The notes under the pieces are model-generated. The model worked only from the letters and a program-made list of their open reading frames with translations, made no database searches and was not told the DNA's origin. Below are positions 27,875 to 36,767 of a stretch of 64,000 bases of DNA, piece by piece; the first letter of the stretch is position 1; each line of letters begins with the position of its first letter. Source of the stretch: Limisphaerales bacterium (lineage in GTDB: Bacteria; Verrucomicrobiota; Verrucomicrobiia; Limisphaerales; UBA9464); NCBI GenBank assembly GCA_965284395.1, contig OZ260084.1, positions 3,158,566 to 3,222,565 on the forward strand. The letters run 5' to 3'. A program made the translations under genes and the position numbers.

Positions 27875-30241
27875 TCAGGACTGGGTGACGTTGCGGCGGG
27901 CGAGGCGGAGGGCGTTGCCGACCACGATGAGGTCGCTGAGGCCCATGGCGGCGGCACAGAGGGCTGGATTGACCAGGCCGAGGGCGGCGAGGGGGATGGC
28001 GGCGGCGTTGTAGAAGAAGGCCCAGAAGAGGTTCTGGCGGATCGTGGCGAGGGTCGCGCGGGCGAGGTCGAGGGCCTCGGGAACGGCGGTGAGGTTGCTG
28101 CGGAGGAGGACGAGGCCGGCGGCCTCGCGGGCGACATCAGAAGCTCGGGCGACGGCGATCCCAAGGTCGGCAGCGGCGAGGGCCGGGCCATCGTTGATGC
28201 CATCGCCGACGAAGGCCACGTGATGTCCCGAGGCGCGAAGGGTGTCGAGGAATCCGGCCTTGGATTCAGGGGCGACCTCGGCGTGGACGAGGCTGGGTTC
28301 GATGCCGACCTCGGCGGCGATGCGACGGGCGGCGTCGGGGTGGTCACCGGAGAGCATGCCGACGCGGAGACCGGCGGCCTTCAGGCGTTGGACGACCCGC
28401 TTCGCTTCGGGGCGGACCTTGTCGCGGAGGGCGAAGGCGCCGATGGCAGCGTTGTCCTGAGCAAGGAGCACCGGGGTGGCGCCCTGTTCGAGGGCGGTCC
28501 GGATGAAGGCTTGGGCGTGGGAAAGATCGCAGCCCCGACGGGTGAGGAAGGCGACCGAGCCCAGATTGAGGGTGGAGCCATTCCAGCGGGCAGACAGGCC
28601 CGCACCTGGCTTCTCCTCGAATTGCTCGAGAACCGTCGCGCTGGAGGCGAGGGCTGCAATGGCGCAGCTGAGTGGGTGGGTGGAACGGTTGGCGAGTGCG
28701 GACGCGAGCTCGGCGAGCGGCGGACTCGCCGGATTGGAGGGGCCGGGTGTGGTGCGGAAATCGGCCTGAGTGATGACGGCGGGCTTGCCTTCGGTGAGCG
28801 TGCCGGTCTTGTCGAAAAGGATGGTGTCGATGGCACCGCAGGTTTCGAGGACGGCGGCATCGCGAACGAGGATTCCACGGCGGGCAGCATTGTTGACGCC
28901 GGCCATGAGGGCGGCGGGCGTGGCGAGCCCCATGGCGCAGGGACAGGCGATGACGAGGACAGCGCAGCCGACAACGACAGCGGCGGCCACGCGGGACGGT
29001 GGGAGGTGAGACTGCCAGAGGAAGGACTCGGCGAGGGCATGGACTGCCCCAGCGGTCTCGGGTGAGATGAGCCACCAGAGGGCGGCCAAGGCAGCGATGG
29101 CAACAACGATCGGGACAAAGACGGCGCTGATCTGGTCGGCCAGGCGTTGAATCCGTGCGCGGGTGGACTGGGCGCGGCGGATGACGTCGGCGATCCGGGC
29201 CAGGGCGGTGGCTTCGCCGGTGGCGGAGACGCTGACGATGATGCGTCCGCTGCGGTTGATCGTGCCGGCATAGATGACGGAACCCGGCGTCTTCTCCACG
29301 GGCATGGATTCGCCGGTGAGCATCGACTCGTCGACTGCGGATGTTCCCTGGACAACGAGGGCGTCGACTGGGACGTGGTCGCCTGGGCGGAGCACGACCT
29401 GATCCTCGTGATTGAGTCCGGCGATGGGGACCTCGGTTTCGACACCGGAGAGGTCGATGCGGCGGGCTGTCCGGGGAGCGAGGTCGAGGAGGCTGCGCAG
29501 GGCGCTGCCGGCCTTCATGGACATCCGGTGCTCGAGGAAGTGGCCGGTGCCGACGAAGGCGAGCAGGGTGACGGTCTCGGTGAAGAACAGGTGGCCGTGG
29601 GTATTGGAGAAAAGTGCAGGGACGCTGTAACCCATGGCGGCCGTGACGCCGAGGGACACGAGGGTGTCCATGCTGGCGGTGCCGGCGCGGAGTTGGTTCC
29701 AGGCACCGACGAAGAAGCGGCGGCCGAGGATCCAGACGATGCCTGCGGCGACGATGAACGAGATGGATTGGAAGGTGCGGTTCAGCCCGAGGCCGAGGAG
29801 CCAGTCACCGAGGCCGAGGAGCGCCGCGGCCGGCAGGCCAGCCTTGATGGACCATTCCCAAGGATTCTCGGGCGCTGCCTCCGGGCTGGCCTGGGCGAAC
29901 GGTTGGCGGATCAGTTCCCTGGAGTCGAAGCCGGCGTCGGAGAGTTGACGGATCAGGAGTTCGGGTCTGACCGAGGCGACGTTGGCCCAATCGACCGTGG
30001 CTGTGGCGTTGGCGAGGTCGACCGTGGCGAGGGCGACGCCATCGACGCCTTCCAAGGCTTCGGTGACGTGGCGGGCGCAGCTGCCGCAGGTCATCCCGTC
30101 GACGACGAGAGTGGACTGCGGCGAGGGTCTCCATGTGGATCCCGGGCCCGGACGCTGCGGCGCTGCGGGCAAGGAATAAGATGGCGTTGTCCCCGGCCGA
30201 GGCCGGGGCATCGGCCTGAACTGGATTCGGACGTCTGCCAT
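27875..30241 (-). CDS. copA: Copper-translocating P1B-type ATPase
   Basis: HMA 'GMTCGSCARHV', 'CPC' transduction motif, 'DKTGTLT', 'GDGINDGPAL'; start taken as MADVRIQ (ATG 30241); longer ORF to 30496 rejected. Confidence 0.85.
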   Translation of the reverse strand: MADVRIQFRPMPRPRPGTTPSYSLPAAPQRPGPGSTWRPSPQSTLVVDGMTCGSCARHVTEALEGVDGVALATVDLANATATVDWANVASVRPELLIRQLSDAGFDSRELIRQPFAQASPEAAPENPWEWSIKAGLPAAALLGLGDWLLGLGLNRTFQSISFIVAAGIVWILGRRFFVGAWNQLRAGTASMDTLVSLGVTAAMGYSVPALFSNTHGHLFFTETVTLLAFVGTGHFLEHRMSMKAGSALRSLLDLAPRTARRIDLSGVETEVPIAGLNHEDQVVLRPGDHVPVDALVVQGTSAVDESMLTGESMPVEKTPGSVIYAGTINRSGRIIVSVSATGEATALARIADVIRRAQSTRARIQRLADQISAVFVPIVVAIAALAALWWLISPETAGAVHALAESFLWQSHLPPSRVAAAVVVGCAVLVIACPCAMGLATPAALMAGVNNAARRGILVRDAAVLETCGAIDTILFDKTGTLTEGKPAVITQADFRTTPGPSNPASPPLAELASALANRSTHPLSCAIAALASSATVLEQFEEKPGAGLSARWNGSTLNLGSVAFLTRRGCDLSHAQAFIRTALEQGATPVLLAQDNAAIGAFALRDKVRPEAKRVVQRLKAAGLRVGMLSGDHPDAARRIAAEVGIEPSLVHAEVAPESKAGFLDTLRASGHHVAFVGDGINDGPALAAADLGIAVARASDVAREAAGLVLLRSNLTAVPEALDLARATLATIRQNLFWAFFYNAAAIPLAALGLVNPALCAAAMGLSDLIVVGNALRLARRNVTQS

Positions 30242-30352
30242 GCGGCGAGCGTCGCTCTGAACCTGTGGGTTGCCTAGTTCGGGATTGTCCGGTGATTCAC
30301 CGCGCTTGTCGGTGGGCTCGACGGAGAGGGCTGCCGGGTTCATGGTCCAAGC

Positions 30353-30622
30353 ATGACACGTCAGCAGGTGCTCGACCTGTATTTCATGGATGCCCGGTGC
30401 AAGTTGATCGAGGTCGCGGCCTTCCTCGACCGGGTGGATCGCGGCAGCGGGCCCGCGGACTTCCGCCTGACGGCCTTCCGCGAGGCGATGCAGCATCTTG
30501 CCAGCGGAGAGACCGGGCGCGCGTCGGCGGTGTTGACCGCCCTGAGTGACCCGACGGTAGCGCCCATTGAGAAGGCTCCGGGCAAGGGCGCGATCGGGGC
30601 GTGGGTGAAGACCGAGGGTTGA
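30353..30622 (+). CDS. Hypothetical small protein (89 aa), divergent from copA
   Basis: protein-like composition 'MTRQQVLDLYFMDARCKLIEVAAFLDRVDR'; T-rich run after stop; no family recognised. Confidence 0.35.
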   Translation: MTRQQVLDLYFMDARCKLIEVAAFLDRVDRGSGPADFRLTAFREAMQHLASGETGRASAVLTALSDPTVAPIEKAPGKGAIGAWVKTEG

Positions 30623-31103
30623 GGAGGCATCGGGGGGAGGATGAGCGGAGCGGCTCGACGGAGTCTCGCCCTACCCCTTTTCTGAGGCCTGGGGGGAGAG
30701 TTGACAGAGGGGTGGTTCGGTGGGCGTGATGGGCCCGTTCGAAACATTGCAGCCTAAGTCCACCTGCCTTCCTGCTGGTGGACGCGGGGGAACCAGAATC
30801 CCCGGTGAAGACCGGGGAGGGGGCGCACGGGTCCGGGCAACCGGATCCCAGGTCACTTCCAAGACCGAGCCCGTCAGCTAACTCCGTCGGCGACTGGAAG
30901 GGCGATCCTCTGGGTCCGCAGGTTGCGGCTCCCACGTTCACCCCATTGAAACAAGACGGCACGTCGGCATGGAGCCGGCGTGCCTGCGCGTCGCTGCGTA
31001 CCTACGAGGTGACGTTTCGAATGCGCGTGTGAATGAAGCGGCGGTGGGCATTGCCGGGAGGAAATCCAAACCCGGCGGTGATCCATCACTGCGGGAGACA
31101 TCC

Positions 31104-32897
31104 ATGAATCCCATGTTGGTGGTTGCGGCCGGAATGGTCGCTTTGCTGGTGTTGGTCCCGGTCGTGGTGTGGTTGGCGGGGTTTGTCCGCATCCGGGAGG
31201 ATCAGGTCGGGATCGTGATCAAGCGGTTTGCCCGACACTCATTGCCAGCGGGTCGATTGATCGCGCTGGAAGGAGAGGCGGGCTATCAGGCCGACACGCT
31301 GGCTCCCGGCTGTCATTTCGGCTACTGGCCATGGCAGTACGAGGTGCAGAGGGTGCCGATGACCGTCGTGGCGCCGGGCGAGATCGCGTTGGTGGTGGCG
31401 GCGGATGGTGCGCCGATTCCACCGGAGCGGATCCTGGGCAAGGTGGTGGCGAGCGATGACTTCCAGGACGCACGGCGGTTCCTGACCGGGGGCGGGGAGC
31501 GCGGGCGGCAGTTGGGAATCCTTACGGCGGGCACGTACCGCATCAATACGGTCCTCTTCCAGGTGATCTCATCGCATACCGCCGAGGCTCACGGGCTGGC
31601 CCGGGAGTCGCTGCTGGTGCACCGGGTGGAGCCGGACCGGGTGGGAATCGTGACGACACTCGACGGGCGGCCGATCGACGCGGGTGAGATCGCGGGGCCG
31701 TCGATCCCGAACCACGACAACTTCCAGAATGCGCAGGCCTTCCTGGAGGGAGGCGGGCGGCGTGGGCTGCAGGAGCAGGTGCTCTTGAGCGGCAGTTGGA
31801 ACCTGAATCCGTGGTTCGCACAGGTCGAACAGGTGCCCATGGTCGAGATCCCGATCGGGTCGGTGGGGGTGGTGATGTCATTCGTGGGCGCGGCGCACGA
31901 GGACGTGAGCGGGACCGACTTCAAGCACGGCGACCTGGTGAATCCGGGACACAAGGGTGTGTGGGTGACGCCGCTCTATCCAGGCAAACATCCGATCAAC
32001 ACGCGGGTGATGAAGGTCGAGCGCGTGCCGACGACGAACATCGTGCTGAACTGGGCGAACCGCACCGAGGCGCACAACTTCGACGCAAAGCTCTCGTCGA
32101 TCACGGTGCGTTCGCGGGACGGCTTTGCCTTCAACATCGACGTTTCCCAGATCATCCACGTTGGGGCGTTGGAAGCGCCCAAGGTGATCTCGCGGGTGGG
32201 TTCGATGCAGAACCTGGTGGACCACGTCCTGCAACCGATCGTCGGGAACTGCTTCCGGAACTCGGCGCAGGATTTCACGGTGCTCGATTTCCTGTCGGCG
32301 CGGAGCCACCGACAGACGGATGCTGCGGGGCACATCCGGATCGCGTTGGGGGCTTATGACGTGCAGGCGATCGACACGTTGATCGGGGACATCAACCCGC
32401 CGGCGGAGCTGATGCACACGCAGACCGAGCGGAAGATCGCCGAGGAACAGCGCAAGACTTACGAGGTACAGGAGGCGGCGCAGCAGCAGCGCCAGCAACT
32501 GGTCCGCGGCACGGCATTGGCGGACATCCAGTCGAAGGTGGTCGCGGCCGAGCAGGGCGTGGACATCGCCCGCCTGCAGTCGGACGCGCACATCCGCCAG
32601 GCAACGGGCGAGGCGGAGGCGGTGCGATTGCGTGCGGTTGGTGAGGCGGAAGCCATTCGAGCGACGGGTGAGGCCCGGGCGGGGGCGTACCGGTCAGGCG
32701 TGGAAGCGCTGGGCCGGGAAGCGTACCTGCGCTTGCAGTTGATGCAGGTGGTCGGCGAACGCGGAGTGCGGATCGTGCCGGACGTCTCGGTGACCGGGGC
32801 GGCCGGAGGGGCAGGCCTGGTGGAAGCGTTGCTGGGGCGGACGCTAGGCCTACCGGCAGCCGGTCACGCGGATAGTACCGGAGCGGCGGCAGGCTGA
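31104..32897 (+). CDS. SPFH/band-7 flotillin-like protein (YqiK-like)
   Basis: N-terminal TM, SPFH domain, C-terminal 'EAEA' repeat region 'ATGEAEAVRLRAVGEAEAIRATGEARA' typical of flotillins. Confidence 0.8.
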   Translation: MNPMLVVAAGMVALLVLVPVVVWLAGFVRIREDQVGIVIKRFARHSLPAGRLIALEGEAGYQADTLAPGCHFGYWPWQYEVQRVPMTVVAPGEIALVVAADGAPIPPERILGKVVASDDFQDARRFLTGGGERGRQLGILTAGTYRINTVLFQVISSHTAEAHGLARESLLVHRVEPDRVGIVTTLDGRPIDAGEIAGPSIPNHDNFQNAQAFLEGGGRRGLQEQVLLSGSWNLNPWFAQVEQVPMVEIPIGSVGVVMSFVGAAHEDVSGTDFKHGDLVNPGHKGVWVTPLYPGKHPINTRVMKVERVPTTNIVLNWANRTEAHNFDAKLSSITVRSRDGFAFNIDVSQIIHVGALEAPKVISRVGSMQNLVDHVLQPIVGNCFRNSAQDFTVLDFLSARSHRQTDAAGHIRIALGAYDVQAIDTLIGDINPPAELMHTQTERKIAEEQRKTYEVQEAAQQQRQQLVRGTALADIQSKVVAAEQGVDIARLQSDAHIRQATGEAEAVRLRAVGEAEAIRATGEARAGAYRSGVEALGREAYLRLQLMQVVGERGVRIVPDVSVTGAAGGAGLVEALLGRTLGLPAAGHADSTGAAAG

Positions 32898-32969
32898 TCC
32901 TCCGCGGCCGGGGTGGTTCAATGAGCCCGGATGAATCGAAGGGTTCATCCGGGCCTTTGAGTCCGGAGA

Positions 32970-33683
32970 TCAGGCCGATTTCCGCCGCCGAAGCGCCAGG
33001 GCGGTGGCAGCGGCCCCGACGGGCACCAAGGCGAGCAGGCTGGGCTCCGGAACGACGGCAGTGGAGGGCATCGTGGTGATCGCGGCGCCGCGGACGTCGT
33101 TGTAGGCGAAGCTCAGGAGGGTGACGCTGTAGTCGGGGTTCACGTTGATCTCGGCGTATCCGTAGAAGATGTCGCTCGAGCTGCTGCCCGAGGGATCACG
33201 CATCGTCAGGCCGATGTAGCCGCGTCCGCCGGCTGCCCAGTTGCCGAAGGTTGGGCCGAGATCGGTGTAGCCAGCGCCGGGGTTCTGGTAGCCGACGCCT
33301 GGTCCGATGGTTTCGCCGTCGCCGAAGCGGGCGGGGTTCAGGTTGGAATTGCTGGCGTAAACGACGCCGTTGCCGTTGCTGAAGAAGCCCTGGGTCCAGA
33401 TCTCGGCCTCAGGTTGGACGTAAAGGTTGTTCCACATGAGCCAGTACTGGCCGTCGGCAAAGAAGGTCGACGGATAGGTGTAGCCGCGGCTCTCAGCGTA
33501 GCCGGTCAACGGGTTGAACCAGATGCCGGTGCCGTCGTTGGCGCCGACGCCCGAGTTGAACGGGTTGTAATTCGGAGCCGTGGTGAGGTCGGCGATGTCG
33601 GTGACATGGACCTCGGCGGCGAGTTGGGTGGTGATCAGTCCGGCCAGGATGCCGGCGCTCCAGGATTTCAGGTTCATTTTCAT
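32970..33683 (-). CDS. PEP-CTERM sorting-domain secreted protein
   Basis: signal peptide; Gly/Asn/Tyr-rich body; C-terminus 'VPEPSLLALVPVGAAATALALRRRKSA' = PEP motif + TM + basic tail. Confidence 0.8.
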   Translation of the reverse strand: MKMNLKSWSAGILAGLITTQLAAEVHVTDIADLTTAPNYNPFNSGVGANDGTGIWFNPLTGYAESRGYTYPSTFFADGQYWLMWNNLYVQPEAEIWTQGFFSNGNGVVYASNSNLNPARFGDGETIGPGVGYQNPGAGYTDLGPTFGNWAAGGRGYIGLTMRDPSGSSSSDIFYGYAEINVNPDYSVTLLSFAYNDVRGAAITTMPSTAVVPEPSLLALVPVGAAATALALRRRKSA

Positions 33684-33888
33684 GGGAAGAAGGGCGCCTC
33701 GCAGACGTCGGCGCGCTGCCCCCAGAAACCCTTTCCGGGGCTGTTACGGCAACTCAATTTGAGGCGCAGTGTCCGGGGATTTTGCGAGGGCTGACAGGAT
33801 CGATCGATGGCTTGCTTGATTGTCATTCAGCCCATTCATGGATCATGGGGTTGAGTTCGGCGGAGGTGCGGGGTTAGGTGGCTGGAAG

Positions 33889-36297
33889 ATGAGGGTGAAG
33901 GTCCTTCGATCCGTGGGTGGGGATCCTGTTTCCGGACCGCGTCCGTTGGCGTGGTTTGCATGCTTGGCGTTGCTTGTCCCTCCTGCTGTGGCGGCCCCGG
34001 CTGGGGCAGCGAGCGGGAGGCTTTCGTTCCTGGCTACCGATGCCGACGGCGACGGGTTGGAGGATGCCTTGGTCAGGCAGGCCGTCGGCGCACGGGAGGC
34101 AGCCAGCGATGGAAGCGTTGAGGTGGAAGTGATCTTCGGTCGGGAACCGGAGGCGTCGTCGTTGTCGGGCTTCGAGGGCGTCGGGGGCAAAGTGCTGCAT
34201 CGCTTCCGGGCAGTTTCGCGGGGGTGGATCGGGCGTGTTCCGCTGCGGTCGGTTCCGGACCTTCCGCGGGTCCTCGGTGAGGACTTGATCCAGGTGGAAG
34301 GGCCGAGAGCGATGGAGATGCACCTCGACCAAGCGACTTGGACCGGGCGCGCGCGTTCGGTGTGGGCAGGGTTGCCGGGTGTGGGATCCGGTCTGCGCGG
34401 GGATCCGGGCATCGTGGTTGGGATCATTGATTCGGGGGTGGATGCCGGGCATGCCGACCTCGCGGGCCGGATGGCGTCCTGGCGGGATTATTCGAAGGAC
34501 GGCTCGCTGGTGCCGACCGACCATTCGCAGCACGGCACGCACGTGGCATCGGTGGCGGTGGGAACGGGAGCGGCGGGTGAGACTTTTGGAACGGAGCTTC
34601 GTGGGTCGTTGGCGGGAAACCTGGTGGGGGTCTTGAGCAACAACTTCCTGACGACGTCGATCGCCTTTCCGGAAGGCGCCGTGGATTTCCGGGCGCACGC
34701 CCGATGGCAGGGTGGCGGCTCGGGGGTTTTCCGCCTGATGTCGCGTCCCCGTACGGCGAAGGTGGGCTGGATCACGGAAGGCGTGCCGGTGACTGGGGAA
34801 TCGCCGCTGGAGCTGTCGATGTCGATCGCGGGTGATCCGCTGCGGGAGTATTCGCCGGTGCTGGTATCGAACGGGAGCATGGCTGACTACGCGGTGGATT
34901 TCCGGGTTTCGGGGTGGGCCGGTCTGGATGCCTTCCCGCGGTTCTCCGGGGTGGCCCCCGAATGCCGGTGGGCAGCTGCCCGGGTGTTTGCGAGCGATGG
35001 CTCGGGCTCGCTGGTCTGGACCGGTGCCGCGCTCGATGACCTCGTGGCGGAGCGCGAGCGGATGGGGATCCGGGTGATCAACATCAGCCTCGGCGCGAGC
35101 GGTGCGCCCGGGATCTCGGTCTCGACACGGCAGAAGGTGAACGCAGCGGTTCGGCACGGGGTGGTGGTCGTTTGTTCGGGCGGCAACGACGGGCTGATCG
35201 GGAGCGCGACAGCGCGGGAGACGGATGACCCGGGACGTGCGGCATTGGCGATCACCGTGGTCGCAGCCAATGACGTGAACCAGCTGACCGACTACTCGAG
35301 CATTGGTTTCCCAACTCCGGATTCGCAGGTCGGGCAAGAGGAGGACTTCAAGCCGGATCTGATGGCCCCGGGAGGGTCGAGTTTCCACTCGGCCATCCTG
35401 GCGGCGGACTCCGGTTCCGGGGATACACGCTCCTTCGTGGACCAGCAGGCGGATGACTACTGGAGCAACCAGGGCACGTCGGTCGCGGCACCCTTCGTGT
35501 CGGGCGCCGCGGCATTGGTGATCCAAGCCTTCCAGCGTGCCGGCGTGGCGTGGGACTACGGATCGGAACGGATGCCGATGCGGGTCAAATCGGTGTTGTG
35601 TGCCACGGCCACGGAGTCGAACTCGAACCGGGAAGGGTTCGCCAACCACCCGACGTTGCAACGGTCGGGTACTGGGCCAGGGGCCTATCCCTCGGGCAAG
35701 GATGGCTTCGAAGGGTATGGCTTGCTGAACGTGGACGCGGCGGTGGAGGCGGTGCTGGGTCGGTGGGAATCGGGTATTGCCCTCGAGGGGGTTCTGGGTG
35801 GGGGGCCGGGCGAACGGCGAGCCTGGGCCCGGCGATTCTCCGTGCCTGCGGCGACCCGGGCACGGATCCGGCTTCAGGTGCCGTCCTTCGGTGACTTCGA
35901 CCTGTATGCCTACTCGGACGAGCCCGGGCGATTCGGGGCGCCGCAGCTCCTGGCGTCGAGTGCAGGCGCGGGAGGCGGAGGGACGGAGACTATGGAGGTG
36001 GGCGGAGATCAGGTGGTGGAGGGTTTCGTGGTGGTGAAGCGGGTTTCGGGCCTTGGCCGGTTCCGGTTGGAGGGGGGAGTTGGGGCTGGGCCCGAGGTGA
36101 CGGCGGGGTGGAAGGCGGGGAAGTTGGAGGTGGTGTTCCCGACGGTGGTGGGGTGGGGCTACGAGGTCCAGCGACAGGCCGTCTGGGGTGGGGCGTGGAG
36201 CCCGGTGGTCGAAATGCCTGGCGACGGTGGGCCGCGGGTGGCGCTCCTGGATGTGGAAGGGGATGAAACGGGATTTGTCCGGGTGCTTGTGAAGTGA
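33889..36297 (+). CDS. Secreted subtilisin-like serine protease (S8) with C-terminal conserved module
   Basis: signal peptide; catalytic triad blocks 'VGIIDSGVD', 'HGTHVASVAVG', 'GTSVAAPFVSGAAALV'; ends 'ETGFVRVLVK'. Confidence 0.85.
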   Translation: MRVKVLRSVGGDPVSGPRPLAWFACLALLVPPAVAAPAGAASGRLSFLATDADGDGLEDALVRQAVGAREAASDGSVEVEVIFGREPEASSLSGFEGVGGKVLHRFRAVSRGWIGRVPLRSVPDLPRVLGEDLIQVEGPRAMEMHLDQATWTGRARSVWAGLPGVGSGLRGDPGIVVGIIDSGVDAGHADLAGRMASWRDYSKDGSLVPTDHSQHGTHVASVAVGTGAAGETFGTELRGSLAGNLVGVLSNNFLTTSIAFPEGAVDFRAHARWQGGGSGVFRLMSRPRTAKVGWITEGVPVTGESPLELSMSIAGDPLREYSPVLVSNGSMADYAVDFRVSGWAGLDAFPRFSGVAPECRWAAARVFASDGSGSLVWTGAALDDLVAERERMGIRVINISLGASGAPGISVSTRQKVNAAVRHGVVVVCSGGNDGLIGSATARETDDPGRAALAITVVAANDVNQLTDYSSIGFPTPDSQVGQEEDFKPDLMAPGGSSFHSAILAADSGSGDTRSFVDQQADDYWSNQGTSVAAPFVSGAAALVIQAFQRAGVAWDYGSERMPMRVKSVLCATATESNSNREGFANHPTLQRSGTGPGAYPSGKDGFEGYGLLNVDAAVEAVLGRWESGIALEGVLGGGPGERRAWARRFSVPAATRARIRLQVPSFGDFDLYAYSDEPGRFGAPQLLASSAGAGGGGTETMEVGGDQVVEGFVVVKRVSGLGRFRLEGGVGAGPEVTAGWKAGKLEVVFPTVVGWGYEVQRQAVWGGAWSPVVEMPGDGGPRVALLDVEGDETGFVRVLVK

Positions 36298-36480
36298 GTT
36301 GGAACGAATCGGGTGGCGCGGTGTCTGAATGCGTGACCCTGAGTGGGGTCGCATGAGGTACAGGGCGCGGGTCGCCTGCCGGTGTCGGGAGGGTTCCGGA
36401 TCCGAGGGAAGAGAGGGGTGGATCAGGACTTGCCGGCCGGCGGGCGACTCGTCACCTTGCGACCAATCTGGGAATCTTGC

Positions 36481-36726
36481 ATGCCGCTTTACGAGTACGA
36501 GCTTTGCGACGGTAACTGTGCCGCCTGTGGTGGGCGCTTCACGCTGCGCCGGCCGCTGAGCGCGGCGCCGCTGACCCAGTGTCCGGCGTGCCGGAAGCCG
36601 GTGCGGAAGATCATTTCCGGGTTCAACACCCCCTCGATAACCAAGCCGGTGTCGATTTCGGACGCGAAGAAGGCGGGATTCACCGTCCTGAAGCGGGTTT
36701 CGAAGGGTGAGTACGAGCGTCAGTAG
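36481..36726 (+). CDS. FmdB-family zinc-ribbon protein
   Basis: 'MPLYEYELCDGNCAACGGRFTL...CPACRKPV' CxxC...CxxC; longer ORF from 36343 rejected. Confidence 0.7.
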   Translation: MPLYEYELCDGNCAACGGRFTLRRPLSAAPLTQCPACRKPVRKIISGFNTPSITKPVSISDAKKAGFTVLKRVSKGEYERQ

Positions 36727-36767
36727 TCCAAGGAATTTCCGATCCCGAACCATCAGCCATTGCCGAT

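Noticed and set aside
27875-30496. 873-aa version of copA
   Set aside because: First ~85 aa have no HMA or leader character; MADVRIQ start gives the canonical HMA-first architecture.
36100-36297. Interpreting the shared C-terminal module as a T9SS (Por) C-terminal domain
   Set aside because: Lacks the T9SS CTD motif arrangement; the conserved Trp positions and terminal F-x-R-V fit an FN3-like pattern better; other genes in the window point to a PVC-group organism rather than Bacteroidota.
33874-36753. 959-aa ORF on the minus strand
   Set aside because: Antisense to the well-supported S8 protease gene; Arg/Pro/His-rich low-complexity translation typical of high-GC antisense frames.
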